From contig OZ024741.1 of NCBI GenBank assembly GCA_964016885.1, forward strand, positions 219,728,001-219,792,000: a DNA stretch of 64,000 nt. The letters are read 5' to 3'. Position 1 is the stretch's first letter. Every line of letters begins with the position of its first letter. This document shows positions 24,945 to 37,133 of this stretch, one piece after another. The notes beneath the pieces were generated by a model. That model did not search any database, was not told where the DNA came from, and saw only the letters and a program-made list of their open reading frames with translations. Origin of the DNA: Eledone cirrhosa. Lineage: Eukaryota. A program made the translations under genes and the position numbers.

Positions 24945-27900
24945 ATGGCTACAAAAAAGAATTTTCACAAGTCACTCCCACTCCTTCCGTCTTCTTCTTC
25001 CTCAATCGTCACTACGTCAGAGAAAAGATTGTCTCTCTCCCTCCCTTCTCTAAATGTGGTGTCGCGTCTTTCGCAAGCGACGCCATTAAAGAAAAAGAAA
25101 AATGTAGTTTCTCGTACTTTTCTTCATCAAGAGAACGCGCGTACCGTGGAACATTTCTCCACGACCACGACAACGACGAACGATGTATGCGGTAAATACG
25201 GAAAGCCATTTCATTCGTCTGACGTCATGAAGAATAGCAGCAGCCGTAATAACAGCAGCAGCAGCAACAGTGGTGAGGATAATATTAGTAGCAGCCGCAA
25301 CAACATCAGCAACAGCATAAACAGCAACAGCATCAACAGCAGCAACAGCAACAACAACAGCAGCAGCAGAAACAACAACAACAACAACAACCACAGCAAC
25401 AGCGGCGGCGGCGGTCGAGTACCAGCAGCAACAACAAAAGTAACAGCAGCTCTGACGACAACAACAACAACAAGAAAGAAAAACCAATCTCGTTTGCAGG
25501 TATCACAAAGAACCTGGAAACCATCCTTATAACAAATGAGGAATTACAGGAAGCAAAGAAGATGGTGACGAAAACAGGACACCGAGCAATCTGCAAGGCA
25601 GCCGAAAAATTTTTCGAAACCCAACAGCACTGTACGGTCACGTACCGTACAGTAAGCACAAAATCCCGTAGGGTTGAAAGAGCCACAGAGGCTCAAATAC
25701 AAAAAGCCTTAGGGTCTTTGTGGCAGCAGAAAACGCATATCACCCGAGGCACCGTAGACGTGCTTTTTGCCACACGCCAGGAGGCAAAGGCTCAATCCTT
25801 AGTGACCCTAAGGAGCGAGGAAATGGTGTTGGTGCCCTCCTACTGCGGGCAAAAAATTGTGAGGGTCAAACCAAACCAAGCCCCCCCCCCCCCCCCGGGA
25901 TGGCGACTTCTTGGCTGGCCGCGTCTGTCCTCGTCGGAATCGAGGATAAAACAAACGTACTGCAAGTACAGAAAAAAGTACGAGATGATTGGGTCGGCGC
26001 CTTCATTGAGATGTTAATCCAAACCAACCAGGAGTGCATCGAAGCTATCCCGGATGTGATAGACTTTGATAACGACACTCAACTTCCCATAAGCGTTGAG
26101 GGAAAACGCCCGAAATGCTTTCGCTGTGGGTCGAAGACTCACCTTAGGGTCTTCTCCAATGAGAAGACCCTGAGAAAGGAGAAAACACCCCTCCTTCCGA
26201 AACCGGCTCCACTGCTACCAGCAACAGGACAGGCGGCATGCAGAAGGATAGGTCCGTGGCACCCATACCCACGCCACGGAAATCAAGAACAGCAGCAGCA
26301 GTGGAAGTATTAACAACAACAACAGTAATACCAACTGCAGCTGCAACAGAGACTCCACTGCAACTATCACATCACCAACAAGAACAAGTGAAAGAGTGGA
26401 GCTGGTACCTCTCCCCGACCTCACAGAATCGGACATGGAGTGAGGTGGGAGAGAGATGGCAAAAGGTCGCAAGAAGGCACAAACGCAGAAGCAACGCATC
26501 ATCGCCTTCGAAAATGGAGGGAAGAAATGAAAAAAAGGTAAAGACTTACAGCAGCAACACCACCACCACCATCACCACCCACACTAGCACCACCATCACC
26601 ACCGGCGGCAACCCCACCGTAAACAACAACAACACCTTCAACACCACCACCACAAGCACCAACATCGCAAACACAACAACAAAATACACACACCCTGCAA
26701 CAACGACAAGAAAATAGCAGAACCACACCCCACCCCCAGAAAAACAAATGCACAGCAATAAATACACACAGCAAGAAACTAATGACTTACATAATTGAAC
26801 ACACAGACATTTCAAAGCACGACTACATAATACCAGCACCAATCAAAACACCAACGAACATAAGACTGGTAAGAATATCACAGACACACTACACAAACAT
26901 TAAAATGAAATTCCCCAACGCAGTTGGTGATTTCAGAGACCTAGAAGGGACACTCAACCAGAGAGTATATTCGGATATAGTCACAGAAGAGCCGACGACC
27001 AGCCGAAGGGACGATTCAACGGTCCCTTCACTAGACAATCAAGGTAAGTGATCCTTTTACACTTGCCCCGTTCCTTACCCAACATGGCCGTACTCAGAAT
27101 AGGCAGTATAAATGCACGTGGCCTGGGGTCATCCTGGAAGCAGAGTCACATGCTCAACGACCTCAGGTCACTAAACATAGATGTGGTGGCCATCAGTGAG
27201 ACCAGAATCTCCGAAGCACAAACCTTCGCACCGATCTTTGGCGGCTACGATGTATACGCATCTCCCAGCTGTCCAGGATCGGGGGGAGGGGTTGCCGTCC
27301 TTTTTCGGAGAGGCTTTGATCTCGCCATACGGGCCATCTTCCTAGACCCAGAAGGTAAGTCGGTGGTGCTGGACGTTACCGGCAGCGAAGGCAATGCTTT
27401 CAGGCTAGTAGCCGTCTACGCCCCAACAGGAGCAGGACGGCCAGATTTCTTCAGACATCTAGAGACCTTTCTTGGAACGTCCCGCTCTTTAGTGTTAGTG
27501 GGCGACTGGAACGGTATCTTGGATGCACGCTGGGATTGTGTGGGGCTAGTGGATAGGGGAGGAGGGTGCAAGAGCCTCACCAACCTGCTCAGACGTTTTG
27601 AACTGTCTGACAGGTATCGACTGGATCACCCGAATGTGCCAATGTGGACATGGACAAACCGCATCGGTCATCCAGTTCGTATCTAGATAGGGTATTCTGC
27701 AGGGAACTAGATAAGGCTAGTATAAGTTTTCCACAATTTAAAATAGTCGACTACACAGACCAAAAATTTGTGATGTGTGAGATCGACATAGACAGACTTC
27801 ACAGACAAGGGCCCGGTTACTGGAAGCTGAACGCGTCTTTCCCGGCGCGCAAAGCCTACAGAGACCGGATTAGCGTATTAGTTAAGCGGGCGTTGAGGGG

Positions 27901-29010
27901 AGCGGTCGTAAACAACAGGTGGTGGTTCGCCCTGAAAAGGCAATTAAAGTAGAGTCGACTCGGTTTAGCAAAGGACTAGTGATAGAGGAAAATAGAGTAG
28001 AGGGAGAGCTAGTCAGAAAGCTAGAAGAGGCGTTTAGGACAGGCATCGCAACCGACGTGCTTGCGACGAGATTGGCACAGCAATGCAAAACACGAAGGCT
28101 GTGTTGTCAGGGCTAGAGCGTGTGCTCTGAAACACGAGGGGACAAAAGCCGTCCAATGGGCCCGGGTGGCAGAGGCGCGACGTTGCAACAAAGCCACTAT
28201 TCGGTCTTTTTCTGACCCAAACGGGTGCGTATTTCTCGAACGAAAGCAGATGTGTGAAGATTTTCAGCAGCACTTTGCTGAACTGTTAGGGAGCGGCGGC
28301 GGCCCGAATCGGGGCATGGACTTCAGTGCATACCACGACGGACTGCCTCGGCTCTCGACGACCGCAGCACAGTGTTGCGAAAAGCCAATAACAGCCGGTG
28401 AAATACGGGAAGCGATGGCTGACTGCACGACGGGTAAATCGCCAGGTTTGGATGGTCTGCCCTACGAGCTTTATGCATTTATGCCAGACTTGTTCGGTGA
28501 CCTCTTGGCAGACGTCTACTACAACTGGCAGCAGAACGGGAGCATTCCCAGTTTTGTGAGCCAGGGAGCGGTGGCGCTGCTGAGAAAAGACACGAACAAG
28601 GGGGATGTTATCGATAATTTCAAGCCCATAACCCTGCTAAACGCAGAGTTCGAGATTTTGGCCAAGGTGTTAGCAACAAGGTTGGCGCTTGTCGTCAAGG
28701 GTCTGGTGGGAGAGGCGCAGACTTGCGCCATTACAGACAGATCCATACACGACAACCTCCACCTCATGCGATACATCATAGAGAGGGTGGTTAAGGAACC
28801 TGGCACGGGTTGGGCCCTGATCAACTTGGTTCAATCCAAAGCATTCGATAGGCTCAGTTGTGAGGGTGAACGGTCACCTCTCGCAGCTGTTCAGCATCAT
28901 GCACTCGGTCCGCCAGTGTTGTCCCCTCTCTTCCCTCTTGTACGTATTAGCTCTCGAGCCGTTACTGCACAAACTGGGGGCGATGAGGGGCGTCCCACGC
29001 GAACTAAGAT
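24945..29010 (+). mobile_element. Tx1/L1-group LINE, decayed (ORF1 with zinc knuckle; ORF2 APE endonuclease + partial RT)
   Basis: CFRCGSKTH knuckle; SINARGL..SET..VYAP..GDWN..TW; GYWKLN; KSPGLDGLPYE; PITLLNAEFEILAKVLATRL. Confidence 0.9.
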
Positions 29011-30643
29011 GCGGGAAATCCGCGTAGAGGGTACTGGCAGCAGATGGACCGCCTCACCAACGGAACTTGTCCCCTCCACAAGAATTTGAATAGGAGCCGT
29101 TCTAACTTGACGAGGCGAAGACGGGGGCAAGGCACCACGGTCAGGCGGTAGTAGATGACGGACGCAATGTACGCATTCGTCACCTCCGCCCGACCTTTCA
29201 GTGATAGCTTCCTCCCAACCCATTTTTGGGTGAGACTGGCTACTCTGCTCGTTGCCTCGTCCCAATTCTTTTCCACCTGGAGGTCTGGTCCGAACCAAAC
29301 CCCGATCAACTTTACCGGTCCGTCCGTCCAGCGCCCCACGATGCTGTTAGACGGCATGGGCTTGCCTCTCCAGGTTCCGAGCTGCAAGCCCACCGACTTT
29401 TCCGGGTTAAGTTTGGCTCCTGTCAACATTTCATATTCCTTCAATAAGGTGCCGACCACCTCGATTTCTGAGGTGTTCGACACCATCACGGTGATGTCGT
29501 CCGCATAAGCCGACACCGCCTTTCCACGTCTCGGTTCGAGCGGGATGCCCTGCAAGAGCTGCAGCTTCCGCAGTAAAGGCTCGAGAGTCAATACGTACAG
29601 AAGGGAAGAGAGAGGGCACTGTTGACGGACCGATCGGGTGAGCCGAAATGGTTCCGAGAGGTGGCCATTAACCTTGACCACCGAGCGTGTACCGCTGTGC
29701 ATTGCAGCGATCCAGCTTCTAAAGACAGGGCCGAAGCCAGCTGCTTTGAGGACAAACTCCAGATACCGATGGTCGACCTTATCGAATGCTTTCGATTGAT
29801 CTAAATTGATCAGTGCCCCACCGAAGCCAGGTTTACACCATACCCTCTCTATGATGTATCGCATGAGGTGGAGATTGTCGTATATGGACCTGGCTGGGAT
29901 TGCGCAAGTTTGCGCCTCCCCAACCAAATCCTCGACGTCAAGCGCCAATCTCTTTGCTAACACCTTGGCCAAAATCTTAAACTCTGTGTTGAGCAGAGTT
30001 ATGGGCCTGAAGTTGTCTAATGTATCCCTCTTGTTCTCGTCTGTCCTTATCAGCGTCACCACTCCCCTGCTCACAGAACTGGGAATACTCCCATTCTGCT
30101 GCCAGTTGCAGTAGAGTGCTTCGAGGAGTTCGGAGAACAAGTCTGGCATATTTACGTAAAGCTCGTAGGGCAGGTCATCCAAACCGGGTGACTTGCGCCT
30201 CATACACCCGACAAAGGCGTCCTGAATTTCGGCTGAAGTAATCGGCCTTTCGCAGCGCTCAGCGTCGACCGTCGAGATGCGCGGCAAGCCGTCAAGGTAG
30301 GGACTGAAATCCGCTACTCTCTCTGACTCGCCACTCTCCCCGAACAACCGAGCAAAGTGCTGGCGAAAGGCCTCACAAATCCGCTTGGAATCGCTTATCT
30401 CGTGTCCGTCTCGGTCCGCCAAAGACCGAATTGTGGTTTTATTACCACGCTGTGCCTCCACCACGCGGGCCCATCGAACAGCTTCGGTTCCCTCGTTTCT
30501 CAGCGCACGCGCCTCAGCTCTGACGATGCAACCTTCGTGTTTCGCATTGAAGAAATGGTCTAATGCCTCTCTCGCCGCTAGCACGTCAGTTGCAATGCCA
30601 CTACAAATAGCCTCGTCTAACTTATCTACCAGCTCCCCCTCCT
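29010..30643 (-). mobile_element. Second Tx1-like LINE RT fragment, opposite strand
   Basis: 526-aa ORF with LDQSKAFDKV, VRQQCPLS, AYADD. Confidence 0.92.
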
Positions 30644-30660
30644 TTATAATAATAATAATA

Positions 30661-33600
30661 GCCGTGTCTCTAGGGGAGGACGACCCCTCTAGTCTTGGGT
30701 GACACTCGTCCTAGAAGTGGTAACACGAAATGATTACCACTTGGCGGATAAGGATAAAACGCGACAAAATAAAGTAAATGTCAAATTGTAAAATCTCATA
30801 CCGGATCGGCCGTCACCCGGGTCAAAAAGGGCCGCGTCCCTCAGAGAGGAACCAGACTGGGGTCGAAAAATCAGCTAATGGTTCAAACCTTCCCATCACT
30901 TCGGAGCTGGAGACCTCCCATAACCGGAATACTCCTACTGTTGGCCCTCCATGCTCACCACCAAGAAATCCAAAGAAAAAGAGAGAAAACTGGTCAAGGG
31001 AAGATAATAAAGAAGTCCTTGAGGCTTTCTACACTGCCATGTACTACCCATCAAATAGATCGAATACAGAACAGACATATATCAACTGGAAAAAGAAACA
31101 TCCCGAAAACAGAGGCTATATTGACAGTAACAAACTAGCCAATATACGAAGAAACATTGTTAAAAAAAAGTTACTAACTGATATAGAAATTGATCAGATC
31201 AAGCTATTAGCACAAAGTCAGCGAAGGGAAAATGAAACGTGTCAGTGAAAACGAGGTAAATTGTAACACTTCGAACCCCAGGGTTGGGGCGGAATCACTG
31301 ATAACAGAACAAATTAAAGAAAGGATCGAAAAAGTGGAGGGAGTGCATGCTCAAGATGAAACTCAAAATGAAAACAATGAGATCGTAAATGATAAAGAAA
31401 TGAATGAGAATGAACTTGCCAACTTGAAGGATGAAATTATGATCGAATGGATGAAAATGAAAGAATCTAACATGGGGGAACGAGACACCCTCCCTAAGAT
31501 CCAGAACTCCAAACAGAACCAAAAGATAAAATCACAAGACTAACATAATTCTCAAAAACATTATCATCACAAACAAACTAAACATTACTGATTTAAATCA
31601 TCTCTATTATGCATCGGCTAAAGTCACCACTCACTTATGTGGAGTGAAAATGAAAAAAAACAAAGGAATTCCCACAAGAAATCTACTTGGCAAGAGAACA
31701 TCAATCACCAAATAAACCTTCTCCGATCTGACATAGAAATTTTAACAAACTACAAAGTAGGTGAACATGTTAAACAAACTAAACTTAGAAAATTGAAAAG
31801 AAAATACAGTATAAAATCAACAAGTGACATAAACATGCTGATAGAAATAATCAAGCAAAGCTGCTCGTATAAGGCGCTTTGAAAAACGATCTAGATTCTA
31901 TAAGGACAATAATATGTTCAAAAACAACCAAAGAAACTTCTACAGAAAAGTTGGCAAGTCAACAATAACTGTTAAATCAATACCACCCAAGAAGGAAGTG
32001 CAAGAATTCTGGGAAAAGATCTGGGCCGAAGAAAAGTTCATAATATACATGCCCCATGGATAGACAGACAAATGAAAGATACAGCTCACCTTGAGGAACA
32101 AATATGGGAAAATATAACAGTTGAACAGTTGCGTTTGGCTCTAAGAAAAACCAGCAAATGGAAATCTCCAGGAAAAGACAAAATACCAAATGTTTGGATA
32201 AATGCCTTCACAGAGTCTCATGAACTGTTAGCCCAACTTTACAATGAAATAGTTAAGGAGCCAGAAAAGATACCATCATGGCTAGTTAACGGCATTACAT
32301 TCCTGCTTCCGAAGAATGATGAGACAAACAATCCCAAAAATTACAGACCGATAACTTGTTTGACCACAATGTATAAAATTTTAACATCAGTCCTAACTGA
32401 ATATACATATGACCACCTGATAACAAATGACCTATTTCCCAATGAGCAGAAAGGGTGTAAACGAGTCTCATATGGCTGTAAGGATCAGCTTTTGGTTAAC
32501 AAAATGATACTGGATGATTGTCATAATAGACACAACAATCTATCAATTGCTTGGATAGATTATAAAAAAGCATTCGATAGTTTGCCACACAGTTGGATTG
32601 AAAAGTGTTTAGAGATTTTCAAAATATCTCCCGTTGTCAGGAGGTTCTTGTCATTCAGTATGAAGACATGGAAAACGACACTCCTTTTGAATAGTGAAAC
32701 TAAATCACTGGAAGCTGGAGAAGTTAATATTAATTGTGGAATTTTTCAGGGTGACTCTTTATCACCGCTTTTATTCTGGATCGCGCTTATACCATTAAGT
32801 AAAATGCTCAATGAAACAAAACATGGATATAAAGTATATGACAAAGCCATTAATCACTTGTTCTACATGGACGACCTGAAACTATTTGCAAAAAATGATG
32901 AACAATTGCAAGGGTTATTATCCACTGTGAAGCAGTTCAGTGATGACATTAAAATGGAGTTTGGACTAGATAAATGCGCCAAAGCAACGTTAACCAGAGG
33001 AAAGCTGCTGAAAAGTTCAGACATTAATCTTGATCGGGGGAATGTGATAAGAGAACTTGATCAAGAGGAAACTTACAAATATCTAGGTGTTTGTGAAGGA
33101 GACGGAATCAAGCACTCAACAATGAGGGAAAGGATAAGGAAGGAATGTTACCGCAGAGTAAGAGCAATCTTAAGAACGGAATTGAATGCAAGGAATAGGA
33201 TCGATGCCATAAACACGCTTGCCATACCAGTTGTAACCTACAATTACAATGTCATCAACTGGTCAAGCCCAGAGATCGGTAGGCTAGATACAAAAATTAG
33301 GAAATTCTTAACCATGCACAGAATGCATCACCCTAATGCAGATACAGATAGAATATATCTCCCTAGGAAAGAAGGAGGACGTGGGTTAATCCAGTTAGAT
33401 ATTGCGTTGAAAACTGCAACAATTGGATTATCTACATATCTAAGGGAATCACATGATTGGATGATCAAACTCGTTTTGAAACACGAAAGCATCAAAAGAT
33501 GATACTCCATTACAAAAGATGCACAAAGATACAGTAATGGACTACAAATTTCAGAAGTCCCATTTACTGCTGAAATGGAAAACACAGAAAAAGCAAAACA

Positions 33601-34548
33601 GGTAAAAGTAACTGCAAAGAAAAAACTGCTACAGAAACTGGCTAAGAAATGGCAAGAAACGCCTCTGTATGGAAAATACCCAGAAAGAGCTAACAATCCT
33701 GGTGTTGACAAAACTTTAACCCATAAGTTGTTGGCATCCTCTGGACTGAAATCGGAGACTGAAGGACTGATTATATTAGCACAAGATCAGTGTCAGCCAA
33801 CACAAAATTACCAAGCCAACATAATAAAAAATGGATGCAGCCCATTATGCCGTGTATGTAAAAAACAACCAGAGGCTATTGATCATATAATTTCAATGTG
33901 CAGTCCTATAGCTCCAACCGAATACCTAAACAGGCATGACAGAGCTGCACAATACATACATTGGATAATGTGTAAGCATTTTGACCTGCCCCATCAAAAG
34001 AATTGGTGGGAGCATCAACCACCTCCCATACTTGAAAAAGATCACATCTCAATCTTGTGGAACTTTAGCATCCAAACAGACCGAAAAATAGATGCAAATA
34101 GACCTGATATAATACTGAAGGACTTTAAAAAGTGGGTATGCCTGCTAATTGATATGTCCGTTCCAATGTATCTATAAAAACATTTGAAAAATTGAGCAAG
34201 TATAAGCACCTAGAGATAGAAATTGGAAAAATGTGGAAATTGAGAACTAAAACAATACCAGTGGTTGTAGGCGCTCTAGCAATGATACCTAAGGGGTCTA
34301 ATGATTACTTATCGCAAATCCAAGGAAACCCGCGTATAGGAGAAATACAAAAGATAGTACTAATGGGAACTGTCCATATACTAAGGAAGATTCTATCAAT
34401 ATGATTACATCACAAGTCTAAACACCTAAAGATGCATGTGTGAGTATGTATGTTCTTTCTTGAACATGGCGGACCTTGTTGTCTCTTGAGGTCACTGGTT
34501 GTGACTTAGTGATAACTCGTATAAACATAAAGCAAGATAAATGCAACT
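30661..34548 (+). mobile_element. Near full-length Dong/R4-clade non-LTR retrotransposon (frameshifted) in (TAA)n
   Basis: GIFQGDSLSP, HLFYMDD, CRVC..H..C zinc knuckle, RPDI..LIDMSVP..K restriction-like endonuclease; taa repeats on both flanks, the known Dong target. Confidence 0.92.
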
Positions 34549-34832
34549 ATAATAATAATAATGGTTTCTTATATAGGCACAAGGCCAGTAATTTGGGGGT
34601 GGGGAAAGTCTATTAAATCGACCCCAGTGCGTGACTGGTACTTTATTTTATCGACCCCGTAAGGATGAAAGGCAAAGTTGACCTCAGCGGGATTTGAACT
34701 CATATATATACGTATGTACACACACACACACACATATATATATAAATATATATACGTATATATACATGTATATATAAATGTAAGTATGTATGTATACGTA
34801 CATACATATATGTATACAGACGTACAGTAGCA

Positions 34833-34874
<42 letters not shown>

Positions 34875-35023
34875 CAGGTACACATATATATATGTACGTA
34901 TCAGTTTAGCGAACGTTTATTATAACGCTCGCTTTGTCCGTTTGTAAACAAACGGAGAGCCTGATTTATGCCGTACGGTGTTAAGGCAACAACGTCACCT
35001 TTTTGTTCAACACTGACACAGGA

Positions 35024-35066
35024 ACGATGTACTAGTTTCAAGCTTGTTAGCTATCGTCAGCACCGT
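35024..35066 (-). ncRNA. Minimal hammerhead ribozyme, intact core
   Basis: ACGGTG-CTGACGA-tagct aaca agctt-GAAA-ctag-TA|CATCGT. Confidence 0.88.
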
Positions 35067-35281
35067 ATACCCTTCTGCCAGATGGTTGAACGTTGGAAAG
35101 TATATACTTTCCTTATGAAAATTAACGGCTGAGAAGCCTAATTTGCATACCGAGTGAGTGCAGTCGGCCAGGCGCACCGAAAACGATAAGTTGCCGTACT
35201 AAGAGTGAGAATTGAAATTTCGTTTCATTCTATTCCGGCACGTTCGCTAAACTGATACGTACATATATATATGTGTACCTG

Positions 35282-35317
<36 letters not shown>

Positions 35318-35553
35318 TGCTACTGTACGTCTGTATACATATATGTATGTACGTATACATACATACTTACATTTAAGTAAGTGCCGTACTAAGAGTGAGA
35401 ATTGAAATTTCGTTTCATTCTATTCCAACTTATCGTTTTCGGTGCGCCTGGCCGACTGAACTCACTCGATATGCAAATTAGGCTGCTCAGCCGTTAATTT
35501 TCATAAGGAAAGTATATACTTTCCTAACGTTCAACCATCTGGCAGAAGGGTAT

Positions 35554-35596
35554 ACGGTGCTGACGATAGCTAACAAGCTTGAAACTAGTACATCGT
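35554..35596 (+). ncRNA. Minimal hammerhead ribozyme, intact core (third copy 36251-36293 minus has TTGACGA)
   Basis: acggtg ctgacga tagctaacaagctt gaaa ctag ta catcgt. Confidence 0.88.
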
Positions 35597-35745
35597 TCCT
35601 GTGTCAGTGTTGAACAAAAAGGTGACGTGGTTGCCTTAACACCGTACGGCATATATCAGGCTGTCCGTTTGTTTACAAACGGACAAAGCTAGCGTTATAA
35701 TAAACGTTCGCTAAACTGATACGTACATATATATATGTGTACCTG

Positions 35746-35835
<90 letters not shown>

Positions 35836-37047
35836 TGCTACTGTACGTCTGTATACATATATGTATGTACGTATACATACATACTTACATTTAAGTAAGT
35901 GCCGTACTAAGAGTGAGAATTGAAATTTCGTTTCATTCTATTCCAACTCATGTATATATATATATATATATGCATATATATATATATATGGTAAAAATGA
36001 AACGAAATTTCATTTCCCATTCGTAGTACGGCTGTTACTTAAATATAAGTATGTATACGTACATACATATATGTATACAGAGGTACAGTAGTGTGTATAT
36101 ATATATACATACATGCACACATATATATATGTACGTATGGATTCACCGAACATTTATTATAATGCTCGGTGTGTTTGTAAACAAACATCCCGTATTAAGC
36201 CGTAGTGTCTAGCAACCATCGTTGCTCATTTGTTCAACACTGACAAAGGAACGCTGTACTAGTTTCAAGCTTATTAGCTATCGTCAACAACGTATACCTT
36301 CCTGCCAGATTGTTGAACGTATATACTTACCTTATGCATATTAACGGCTGAGTAGCCTAATTTGCATATCGAATGAGTTAATCGGCCGGGCGCACCGAAA
36401 ACGATAAATGGAAAAAATGAAACTAAATTTCATTTCTCACTCTTAGTACGGCTGTTACTTAAATATAAGTATGTATACGTACATACATATATGTATACAG
36501 ACGTACAGTAGTGTGTATATATATATACATACATGCACACATATATGTACGTATGGATTCACCGAACATCTTAAGTTAAGATTCAGTCATGGTAGTGATT
36601 AACATATGACAAAACTTAATTATACCCTAATATTGAGAACATGAGAGAAATATATAATACAAATAATAGAGACGGTACGTGTAATACAGCTTATAAAAAT
36701 ACATGGCTTAAATATAACAGCTAAAAAAATTTTTTTTAAAAACTACTGAAGAAAGAGGAAAGAAAGGAAAGCATCATTCTTTGATGTATTCATTGAACCT
36801 TGTTTAACTTTTAAATATATATATATATATATATATATGAAAAGTGTAATTTTCTACACAAAACGAAGGTTATAGAGAAAATTGAGGTTGGTAATGGCAC
36901 ATGGAATATATAAGAGACAGAACACCCCCTTATAATTTCAAGGTTAGTAGACAGATATGCTCATCCACACATGTCTGTCTACTAACCTTGAAATTATAAG
37001 GGGGTGTTCTGTCTCTTATATATTCCATGTGCCATTACCAACCTCAA

Positions 37048-37131
<84 letters not shown>

Positions 37132-37133
<2 letters not shown>

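Larger units (their letters stand above)
34735..36568. repeat. HHR-bearing repeat family 2: inverted and tandem copies, unit ~420-465 bp
   Basis: 34735-35235 (minus), 35240-35950 (plus, about 1.5 units), 35990-36568 (minus, period 420); a diverged relative lies at 61640-62250. Confidence 0.85.

Noticed and set aside
24945-25532. Ser/Asn-rich 195-aa host protein
   Set aside because: Low-complexity start of the LINE ORF1; continuous with the zinc knuckle and ORF2.
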